DNA of 64,000 nucleotides from Botryllus schlosseri (Eukaryota): NCBI GenBank assembly GCA_051294905.1, contig CM119371.1, positions 18,414,001-18,478,000 on the forward strand, read 5' to 3'. The position numbers and the translations under genes were made by a program. The notes beneath the pieces were generated by a model. It had not been told where the DNA came from. It worked only from the letters and a program-made list of their open reading frames with translations, and made no database searches. Positions 24,813 through 35,800 of the stretch are shown in pieces. How positions within the stretch are numbered: position 1 is the first letter of the stretch; every line of letters starts with the position of its first letter.

Positions 24813-27183
24813 ATGACGACTACTGCTTCATGACATTATTGTTGAAAATGCTTTCAAACAGCACTAGCTGTTCGTCTTTGTTAACTTCGGTTCTGGTCTG
24901 TTTTCATTGCAGTCTTGTTTGGTTTATTACTACTTAGACAATCTTTAAATTCCTATGGCCAAATTATGGGGACGAGGACAAAAGAGATTCCGCAAAATCT
25001 CAAAATGACAAAGATTTTGGAGCATCGCGGCTGATCAAGATCCTGCATCATCGCTTCACATCAAATCAGTGTATACCGTATGCGGTATGTGTATGTGACG
25101 TCCTCGGCAAATTCGCTGGCAAATTTTTTGTCATAATGAATGCAGTCGCCGACTTCAGAGCCTGAACAATTGTTACTGCATAACAGCATGATGTTAATGG
25201 GACAGAATTTTCAACCGGACTTCAAAGATACAGTTACTGAAAACAATAGTTACAACGCCTGTTCCGTCTAAGAACTTGAACCTGGACGTAACCAAAATAC
25301 GATCCTACATGTGTTTTAGACCAGCTAACTACTGGTTTCACTGCGACAGCCGAGAAGATGATGAAAGCATTGGACATTTCGTACATTGAGTGCTGCACGA
25401 GGTAAGGTTCCAATGTGGACATTGAGATTATAAGGTTACAAGTATTTTCGTGAGAGATTAGAACCAGATAGTAGTCATAAACACATTTAATTTTCAAGTC
25501 CTTTTTTCCAACCCAAATCGATATATTATTTACAGCACAAGTGCGTGCAATTCGTGTTTGTCACATTATGACAGGGTTCGCCGACTCGAAATGGATCGCG
25601 GGCCACTTTCAAATTTTGTAGAGACGGGCCGCAAGAACGTAATATAGAGACGAAATAGGCCACACCGTTTAGCAAACGCGTTTTTAAAACCTCACGCCAG
25701 TACAACGCTGTGTTCTCTAACGTGGGAGACAGGCATAGTTACCCCAAAAGAAGTATGTATTATTTTACTAAAAAATACAAATACATCGAACAATATCATC
25801 ATCGTCAATGTCATTTTATTCTGAACTATGAGCAGCGCACTATACCTGACAACACTTTTCAGCAATTGAGGAATCGATATTGGGGCTAGCGAGACACTGT
25901 ACTTGCTGAATGACTATCTCCTCTTGAAGCTTGATTTTGTGGGGCAGTCCCACACCGTTTCCAAGCATCTTGGTCTTGCAAGTAACTGGGACATTGCACC
26001 TCAATGCAATATGGACATTAGCCTGGCATTCATATTGGCTGATTCTCCATCGAGGAATGCTGTTGCCATAACCGAAGCCGGTTTAGCTAGTGAGGAATAG
26101 TGATTCGGGGCAAAGAAGACCAACTTATTTTGAAAAAGCAATAGGCTACCTATATTTTGAAACTGAAATTAATTTCAGCGTTTCACAATGCTTCATTTAC
26201 CGTTTTTCCTAAATCCAAATTCAGATCGCGGGCCGTGTCTTGGTCACCCCTGCACCGGTGATTTACTGATTATAGACTACTAACTGGCCAAGAGGCCGGT
26301 TGAATCATCCAATGTTAGTGCATCACAAGAGAGGGTCAACTCAAATGTGAAAATCCAGATTGCAAGGTCAGCAACATTTTTGTAGATGAGAACCTGGTCA
26401 TAGTCGATGCATTCTGTTTGTTTAAATGTCTTTGAAATCTACGAACGCTTGCAGCTCTCATTGGAAATGGGAGACACATCGAATTGCCTTATATATTAAT
26501 TGACTGTGTCAATGACCAACCTTGAATTCGGCCTGTTTATAGCGTGGGTCCACGTCCAACAAAAGAAATTCAATATGATCGTACGGAATATCTAAGGCAG
26601 GGGTGAGCAATTATTTTTCCAAAGCGGCCAAATAGGAGGCAGAAAATAGCTTGGCGGTCGAGTCGAAAGTTTAAACTACGGTATATTCTGCAATGCATCG
26701 AATTTATTTTAAAATTGAATGGAGTGAATTGCATTATTAACTCAAGCTGATGATTGGATGTGTTGATATGAGTAATGAAGAATTAGCGTTTAATTGACAA
26801 AAAATAATAGTACTCCTGACTCCTGCGCTATTATTTAAAAAAAGGTAAACATGAAACATTTTTACCGTACCTCAATTTTTAGTGGGGCGGTTTAGCCCAA
26901 ATATTCAAAAGGATTGTGCATTTTGTGATACAAGCACCAAATTTGGCACACATGTATATTAACATGTTGCGAACATTTTCAGATATTGAGCCACTCGGAA
27001 TTCTCTCTTTATGTCCGCCTTATTGGATTTCAAAATGGCCGCCATTTGAAATCTACATTTGCGATTATCTCTGAGCCTAATGCTGCTATTGACTTTATTT
27101 TGGTATCTAAATGTATGTTTTTTGGGTCAAGGAATCCAATGGTATCAATCTGCAATGCGTATTTTTACCAATGAGCCGCCATA

Positions 27184-29370
27184 TTGAATTTGAAAATGGC
27201 GGCTTCACATTACATGTATGTGCGTTCTCTAAGGCAGAGATCGTTGACGATGTACCTCGATGCTCTGACAGAGCTAGTCACCTGGTTCCACGCACTAGAT
27301 CATACTCAGTATGCTAGGTGGATACCAGTGCACCTGAAGGACGTGGCCGAACTCACTACCAAACACCCAGACGTAGTCAGGAAATTCAGTGAAGGCCATT
27401 TCACAGTTCAGAAAACACAGAGGGTGTTCTCTTCAATCCCGATTGACCAGGCACATGAGAAAAATAATGCCTGCATTGAAGGAGACGGTGGCGCAGTTGG
27501 GCTCACTAACAACTCTGGGGCCCTTCGTCGCTGGATGGTTGCGGGACCAGAAGTTGCTAGGGTGATAGAAGAATTCCAGGACGGGAACCAATACTGGAGA
27601 CGGGAAACAGCAGACACACGTCATCACGATCAGACGCCAAGTGTACAGGCCTCATTTGTGAAAGATATTCGCTCTCTCGTCGGTGTCATAGAGGAGATGG
27701 GCAACCCATTCGAGGAGGAGAGTCAGGATCTAGTCGTACTGGACACAAAGGACATCGCAGGTCCTGCTGCTGTGGATACCGTGATGAATGCCAAGAGGAT
27801 TGGCCAAGAGCAGTTCGAGGCTTTCACCAGAGAGTGTCTGTTGGACAGAACAAAGGCAGCGGACGACCCCATTCCTCGTAACAAGCTGAAAGTGTTCAAC
27901 ACTTCAACTCCAAGAAACCAGAGCAAAGGTCAGCAACAGCTCACCTCTGTCAAGAATGACCGTGAACTTTTCGCACGCCTGTACATTAGCTGCCAGACGA
28001 GGGATGGAAACCTTGAGGAGTTTTTTCGTCACGAGAACCAGGCATGTCCTCCTGCACTGTCTGCTGGTGGAAACCTCTTCACTGGTACCAAGAATGATCT
28101 CATCACATGCTTGGAAGAAGTCTCCGACCCCAGGACAGAGACTCCTGTCACTACCTGTATAGTGCTTGATGGAGCGGCCATAGTCCAGATGCTGAGGCCG
28201 GCTGCATTAAAGACCTTTGAAGAGTATGCACATCAGATCTTCATCCGATATATGTCTACGAAGCTGCAAACAGTGTCACGCCTGGATCTGGTCTGGGATA
28301 CTTACCTTGCTGATTCGCGGAAAGGTATTACACGTGCAAAGCGGGGACAAGGCGTGCGGAGTCGTGTGGTGGCCGCCGCATCCATACCAGGAAACTGGCA
28401 AAATTTCCTACGAGTGGACAGCAACAAGACCGAGCCGTTCAAGTTCCTGTCAGCAGCTCTCATGGAATGGTTTGAACAGGAGGACAAGCAACTGGTCATT
28501 ACTGATGGAGAGTCAGTACTCAGCACGCCACTACTACCAGATCTGACCTCACTCGCCCCATGCAACCATGAAGAGGCTGACAGTCGGATGTTGCTGCATG
28601 CATCTCATGCAGCCAAGCATGGACACCACTCAATAGTCATCCGGACTGTAGACACCGATGTTGTGGTACTGGCAGTGTCCGTGGTACAGGAGTTGCAACC
28701 AGAAGAAGAACTGTGGCTGGCATTCAGAACAGGCCAAAGATTCCGATACCTAGCAGCACACGAAATTGCAGCTGGACTGGCACCAGAATAGGCTCGTGCA
28801 CTGCCAATGTTCCACGCTCTAACTGGATGCGACACTGTGTCTAGTTTTGCCAGACATGGCCAGAAGACTGCGCGGGCAGTCTGGACGGTACTGCCAGAAC
28901 TCACTGAGGCGCTGCTGCTGCTGTCCTCCGCACCACATGGCATACCAAATGATGCAATGTGCATCATCGAGAGGTTTGTGATCTTGTTGTATGATCGAAC
29001 CAGCAAATGCACGGACATTGACACGGCCAGGAGGTAACTCCTTGCAAGGAAGAACGATGCGCAGCTTATCCCTCCAACGAAGGCAGCTTTAGAGGAACAT
29101 GTCAAGAATGCAGTGTATCAAGGTGGATATGTGTGGGGTGAGATATTGCTGCCAGCACCTGAGCTCCCTCCACCAACCAACTGGGGTTGGTCAATGACTG
29201 GAGGACAGTACACACCATACTGGACCAGGCTACCTGAGGCAGCTCACAGCTGCATTGAGCTGATTTCTTGCAAGAGCCAGAGGGGGTGTGAAGCGCTGCA
29301 AATGCAAGAAGGCTGGCCTTCAGTGCACAGTCCTCTGTGTGTATGACGGGGACTGCACAAGACGATGAGT
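27184..29370 (+). pseudogene. Academ transposase C-terminal half plus XPG/FEN1-like nuclease and Cys-rich tail
   Basis: DHTQYARW, FSSIPIDQAHE, GGAVGLT...ALRRW; CNHEEADSRMLLHA, IRTVDTDVVVL, FHALTGCDTVSSF (XPG H2TH); after a frameshift, RCKCKKAGLQCTVLC; in-frame stops at 28789-28791 and 29035-29037. Confidence 0.88.
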
Positions 29371-29719
29371 CCACAACATACATGTACTTGTGGAAGTGCT
29401 GAACTTGTTAACATGACACTGTTTATGTACGCGTATCCTCAGTGCCGATATATAGGCTACCTAGCCTCAGATACCTATCATACCAGACCATTGTAGAATG
29501 TCAGTATACACCTAGCCTCAGAATTTAGACCATGTAGCATGTCAGAATTGTACCTAAGACATTTACAGACATAAGACTTTTACACCCATTTAACATGCTT
29601 GCATAAAATCATTCTTTTCAAAGTATCGTGTTCAATCAAATATTTCCTAGATAAGTTGTAATTACAATTATACAACAGACTATGAAAGATAACATTAAGT
29701 TGGAATTCGTACCATTGGA

Positions 29720-29900
29720 TTGTGCATTGGATTAGGTTTGTGCATTGCATTTGATTTAGATTTGCATATTAGAATTTTTGATTTGTGCATTTGATTTAGA
29801 TTTGTGCATTATAATCATAGATTTGTGCGTTAAAATTTTAGATTTGTGCATTTGATTTAGATTAGTGCATTAGAACTGTGCATTGGTTTGAGCATTGGAT
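29720..29900 (+). repeat. Short tandem repeat (TTTAGATTTGTGCATTTGA-like) just inside the Academ right TIR
   Basis: About 8 degenerate copies. Confidence 0.8.
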
Positions 29901-31510
29901 TGTGAAATTGGTACCATTGGATTCCTTGACCCAAAAAACATACATTTTGACACCAAAATGACGTCAATAGTAGCATTTGACCCAGACATAATCGCAAATG
30001 TAGATTTCAAATGGCGGCCATTTTGAAATCCAATATGGCGGACATAAAGAGAGAATTCCGAGTGGCTCAATATTTGAAAATGTTCGGAACATGTTAATAT
30101 GCATGTGTGCCAAATTTGGTGCTTGTATCACAAAATGCACAATAGGTTTGCTATGCTGCCCCACTATTTATTCACATCAACCGCCAGACATTTTTTCTAT
30201 TAAGACACCAAAATTTATTTGGAATATTACAAAGCTGGTTATTACAGTCGCTGCATCATGGGCAGTGTATAGCTCGGTAGAGTAACCTTGTTGTTTTGCT
30301 AGCTTCGCTAGCTGGTCATAATCTCATCGCTGGCCGTGAAATGGCGTGGTAAGTTTTCAAGTCTATGGCAAATATTTTTTGAAAAGGTCGCCAGATATAA
30401 ATAACGCTGTGAACCCGTGGGTATCTCATGATAGGTTTTCCAGTACCGTTAGCTAAAAGGCCCATGCTATCATTAGGAATTGATGACGATAAATACTTAG
30501 CGAAAAAATTCTGGATTTACCTCGTACAAATAAAGCGAATACCGGGCAGCAAAAGAAATTAAGGCCACTACACACGCATAGTGAGCATATGTTAATGTTT
30601 AGGATTTTTCCGACGTCCTGGCATTTGTCTTCTCTTCGCTAAAGCATACCAGACCAAGCTGTTTTAGAAGCTTTGTTCATGGGGTTCAAAATTGCTACTA
30701 GGGCTATTCAAAAACAACTTCTTTTTCATATTATACTGACTTATTCATAAAATTGTCAAGTTGCCAAAATTTAGGATTTCCAATCATAATACTTCTGGTG
30801 GGTATGGATCTATAATAAATAACTGAAGAACCTGCCACCATGAATAGGCTACTATTTTTTTCAAATCCAAATTTTTTACTCCTATAACTCTGTTTCTACT
30901 CGTTGGAATTGAGGCAAAATTTGTTGTCCATCGTATTTTCGGACAACCTGACTACTTTTTGGGGTGACCAGTAAAATTTAAATAAAAATTCAATAAATCC
31001 AAAACTTTTTTCTTATATAGTAATGCTTCTATAGGTTGAAATTGAGCCATGAATGGTGTGCAGTGTTTTTAGGCAACTTAACAATTTTATCAAGTAGGCC
31101 TAACCAGAAAAATTTTGGAAAATTGTGCACCTAATGTGCACTCTTGTCGTCAATTCCTATTCAATTACAAGTAGAAATAGCAATTTTCAAATTAACTCCG
31201 AGGTAGAAGTCGAATACGAAAGATCTCATAGTACTCGAGTAATTAATAAAGTAAATTGAGAAGAGGCGTCACACACTTTGATTAGTCAATCGGTGGTGAC
31301 TTATCTTTCAAAATTGTGAGGAAGATGTTCGTGACGCACAGAATGACTATTGCTGCCATGAATTCATGGTTAAATTACCAGCCTAAACGCAGGGTTTTAT
31401 TACAACATCATTGATGGAAGTGGCGTAAATCTATGCAGCCAGAACTACGGTCAGATTTATTCAATCTGTATCTAACGGCTGATGGTTCATATTATGGCTT
31501 GTTGTCGCGG

Positions 31511-31606
31511 GTGACCGATTTCGGTTTCGCAAAACTGGTAAAAGGTCGCACCTGGACTCTCTGCGACACTCCCGTGTATCTGCCGTCCGAGATGATTTTA
31601 AGTAAG
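31511..31606 (+). pseudogene. PRKACA-like: cAMP-dependent protein kinase catalytic subunit, exon 7 equivalent (degenerate)
   Basis: [32 protein letters not shown] vs [35 protein letters not shown]; exactly 96 nt; donor GTCAGT intact, acceptor mutated to CGG. Confidence 0.9.
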
Positions 31607-31763
31607 GTCAGTTGTGAATACCAGTAGTCAATGTCCGATATGTTATAATGTGACAGGGTCTAACCAAGTCACGAGGTTCCGAGTCACAAGTCAATCTCAC
31701 TTTTATAGTTTTGACTCGAGTCATTTTCAATTCACCTCCCAGTCAAGTCCGAGTCCAAGTGTA

Positions 31764-31789
31764 CTCGGCCTTTATGGCTAAGATCAAGT
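31764..31789 (+). ncRNA. U2: U2 snRNA 5' fragment (nt 8-32) forming the head of the retrotransposon; not a U2 gene
   Basis: CTCGGCCTTTATGGCTAAGATCAAGT vs U2 CTCGGCCTTTTGGCTAAGATCAAGT (one extra loop A; insect U2 has CCTTATGG). Confidence 0.85.
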
Positions 31790-32815
31790 TTCGCCGACTC
31801 CTACGTTCGACCACCGAAGACGCTGCCCACGCCGGACCACTCAACTCGACCAGAAGATTCTTCGACCGCCTCCGTCTCAGCAGCCGCTTGCCGCGCCTCT
31901 GCCGTGGGTCATCTGAACACCATCTCCTGCTACAACGTTGGAATCTCCGGAAAGGTTAGTTATTCCGGAGCTACAATTCCAACGCCGGCCAGAGATTCCT
32001 TGTTGCTCAACTAAGGCGTAGCCGTCTACGCTGCAACAAGGGATAAGCAACGAAGAAGCCTATCAATTCCGTTGCTTTTGCCACGGTACGGTGTGATTTG
32101 AACACGTCGTTCAACCTCCGGAGTGATCTTGGATCGCTTGCCTTAACTGTTCGACTATAGCAGAAAGGCTGCCGTGTGCAACTCTGGTCGAGGCCCTAGA
32201 CGTCGGGATTCCTCGCCACCTCGCTGCAAAGCATCTTCAAAGCAGCGAGACGAACTGCTACGCCGTCCAAAACAACATCATAAGAAGCGGAATATCAAGA
32301 ACATCAAGATCGCTTCGTAAGGACGGCGTAAGATCGACGGCGAATCGTTTGGACATAACATCAGTATCAACAGAGAGCCGTCGATCTGCAAAGGCGAGGA
32401 AAACCCGGGTGTTAACGCGCATTCGTAAGGTAAATTTCGTTTTTACCGTTCGCGTTAACATACGTGTAGGGCGTAGCAGTAGTGCTGCTGACGCGGGGGT
32501 AATTAAGTCCGGCGTGGGTACACAATTACGTCTGGCCTGTATCCTAACGCGTTCGCTATTCCTTTACGAACCCTTGGTTAACCTTTGTATTGTCCCTTTA
32601 ATTGTCTGTTACTATTCGTTTAATTTATCGCCTTTCCTATCCCCTCTAATAGCGAACGCTGGTGCAGGCCGCTTAGTCTTTGCTTCCAGTTATTGTCCCA
32701 ATTCTCATTTCGTTACGTTTAATTGTGTGCGTGATTTGATCTTACTTGTATTTATATTCGTTGTAATAGGTCGCGACTCGGTCACCTTTAGGCCTTTAGT
32801 CCGCAAATTTCTTCG

Positions 32816-35800
32816 ATGGCTAGCGGTAAAACTAGTCCTCTCGTTGTCCCTTACCACGGTCCAGGAACGAGCGTTGATGTCGCGTGTCCGAAACTAAATT
32901 GCGGTGCGTCCTTTTCTGCAGCCATAAGCTTAGTGGAACACTTGGCTTTTTTGCACCGCTGTGACAGTCTTATATACAAGTGTATGAAATGCGGTAATTT
33001 CTTTTCTGATTCTGATCATAAAATAAGCTGTCACTATAGGCGGTGCAAGGGCACGCGACATCATAGTTGGTTTGCCTGCCCCACTTGTGGAAAGTGTTTT
33101 AACGCGGTTCCGAAAGCGAAGGACCATTTTAAATCCAGTCACCCCGAGTCTGCTCTCCCCTTGGACTCGGCTTTTAAGCAATCTGGAATCCCCTCTGAAA
33201 TTTTATTGACGGTCCCCATTAAATATAACGGCAAGGATGCAACTAGGTATCCTTGCCCAGTTACCGGGTGCAATAAGCAGGGCTTCCCGTACAAATTGTT
33301 GGTTTCTCTCCAGAAGCACATTTGTAGCAAGCACGACATCACAAAAAATCTTATAAATTATGATGTCGTGTGCGGCAGATGTGACCAATGGACAATTCTT
33401 GAGCAGCCAGATATGATCGCTGCCAAGAACCATTGGTCCGCCTGCCGCCTACGGGAAGCTGTGCCTGCATCCGGTAACTTATCCCCAACCACGTCCACGA
33501 CTGTTTCGCGAGTCGACTCGATCTCCCCTATTTCTTCGCGTTCTGTAGTCCCCTTTGCCGTTGACGCAGCGGAAAACTCTCCTACTTCCTTTCCCGGTAC
33601 TATACCGGACCCTGCCTTATCCGTGGCCAATCTTTCACTCTCGTCGGATACCACCTCCTTGGTAACCGTGTCATCTAGGCCTTGGTCACGGATTTCGAAT
33701 AAATCTCGACGCTCTGTCAATTCTTCTAAAAAGTCAAAAAATAAAATAAAGTCCATGAGATTCTATCCCTCTTCTAGTAGTAATAGCTCCGTGTCTTCTG
33801 CTACATCCTCTGGGCCGCGCGACTCGCCAACAGTCGTGACGTCACCAAATTCCTCTGCGCCCCGAACCCCCTCCCCTATCCTTATCAGCCGATTCCCGGT
33901 CCGTAGGCCAGTCACTGGGGCCTTACCTGCCGCCCGTGCCTGGCTTCGGACTGCCGGGGATAGCAGACAGTCCCTAGGCCGACGTACCACACCCCCGAAA
34001 ATTGTGGTTTCCCCTCCAAGGGAGTTTACTCCCTCCCCACCCCAATCGTTAGTGAAGAGCCGTTTGACCCCAGTCTCTTCACCAAGCCCCATTCCATCAC
34101 TTTCGGAATTGTTTAAAGCACCTTTGCCTGGCAGCCCGAGCTCTACTCAAGAGCTCCTTGCCAGGTTGGACCGGGGAAGTCCCTTCCCCACCACACGCGA
34201 TGATCTGAAACAGATATCGTCGGCGGGATCGAGTCCGAACACCGTAGACTCGCCTCCCGTCGGTCAGGGCATGTCTCCCTCGCGCCCACTTGCGGACGAG
34301 ACATGTGCTGTGACGGCTGGACCAGCGGTCGAACGCTCCGAAGTTACCGGAGCTGTCGGCGGCTGTGAAAGCCCGACGAGATTGCCTCCTTCGGTAAGTG
34401 CACGTGACGGAGTAGATGTCGACGTGCCTTCTCCCGAACCGAGCGCACCTCGTGCAAAAGTCGATCTGCGCGAGTTGCGCTCGGAGCTTGCGGACTTGGT
34501 GTCAGAATGTCCTCACAACATCGAGGCTTTCGGGCACCTTGAACGTGAGCTGGAGCTCTGGACTGACCGTGCCTCTGATTGCAGCCGCCCTCCCGGCCGT
34601 AAACGCCCTAGGAACCGATACTCGCGCGAAGCACAACGCCGTGCTAAGGTCAATCAATTGAATGGCCAGCGCGAGTGTCGACCTGGGGCAGCCCAACATC
34701 TTCGGTCCGCTTTCTGGCGCAATCAGAAGGAAACGGTCAGACAGATCATCGAGGATGATTCTGGCGGTAAACGGTGCGAAATTCCTGCCGACATAATCGA
34801 GCGGAAATTTCGTGCTGACGCCGCCGCTGACGTCACTGATAATATTGCTGCTTTTCCTCGCTGGATGTCTCAGCACAGTTACCAGGGCAACCTGGCTTCT
34901 GCTGTTGACGACGAGTCGATTACTCCATCAGAGGTAGCAGGAGTGCTGGCGACCCTAAACACCAGTAGTTCGCCAGGCTCCGATGGTCTCACCTATGGAT
35001 TTTGGAAACGCTTAGACCCCAAGGGAGAAATCCTCTCTGAGCTTTTCGAAGTCTGTAGGCGTTGCCGACGTATTCCACTTGTGTGGCGCTCGTCGCGGGT
35101 AATCCTGATTCCAAAGGACCGCGACGGCGACATGCAAGACGTCGGTAACTGGAGACCCATCGCGCTATCCAGGACGCTGTATAAGATCTACGCGTCCGTA
35201 ATCGCTCGCCGTCTTCAGAGCTGGGCTTCCGATGGAGATGTTATCTCCATGGAACAAAAGGGGTTTGTTCCGCGAGAGGGGGTCTTCGAGCACGTGTTCA
35301 TGCTTGAGTCCTTGCTTGCGGATGCCAAGTCGTCAAGGCAGGATATTTATCTTGCCTGGCTTGACATCCGCAATGCATTCAGTACCGTTCGGCATGGATC
35401 CGTGATCGAGGTCCTGAGGCACTTTAACGCCCCGGAGTATCTGGTGGAGGTGATGACCGATATCTACGCGTCTAACGTGTTTGCAGTCGCGACCAGCTCT
35501 GGTCCGACAGACCCCATTCCAGCGGGGAAGGGTGTCCGTCAAGGATGCCCTTTATCGGCCATCACCTTCAACCTGGTCATGGAGGTTCTCCTGCGTGGCG
35601 TTGCTGGGCTTCAAAGCAGCGGTTATCGGTTTTCTGCAGCGGATGGCGTCACCGTCAGAGTTCAGGGTTACGCAGATGACACCTGTCTGTGTGCTTCGTC
35701 TCGCGCCCAGCTTCAAGCACAACTAGATCTGTGCGATGAATTTTCTCGGTGGTCTGGTATGAAATTCAAGCCCGCCAAGTGTCGTGTTCTTGCCTTGGGG

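Larger units (their letters stand above)
26880..30166 (+). mobile_element. Academ DNA transposon, internally deleted
   Basis: Termini TAGTGGGGC / GCCCCACTA, ~270-bp TIRs (26880-27150 vs 29890-30166), possible 3-bp TSD TTT; encodes Academ-type domains. Confidence 0.85.

Noticed and set aside
31764-31789. Functional U2 snRNA gene
   Set aside because: Only 26 nt match; the branch-site region, Sm site and 3' stem-loops are absent, and no snRNA promoter is evident upstream (the flank is MITE)
32349-32897. Separate upstream ORF1 of the retroelement
   Set aside because: TTG start, hydrophobic low-complexity product from a T-rich UTR, no domain; RLE-type elements normally have one ORF
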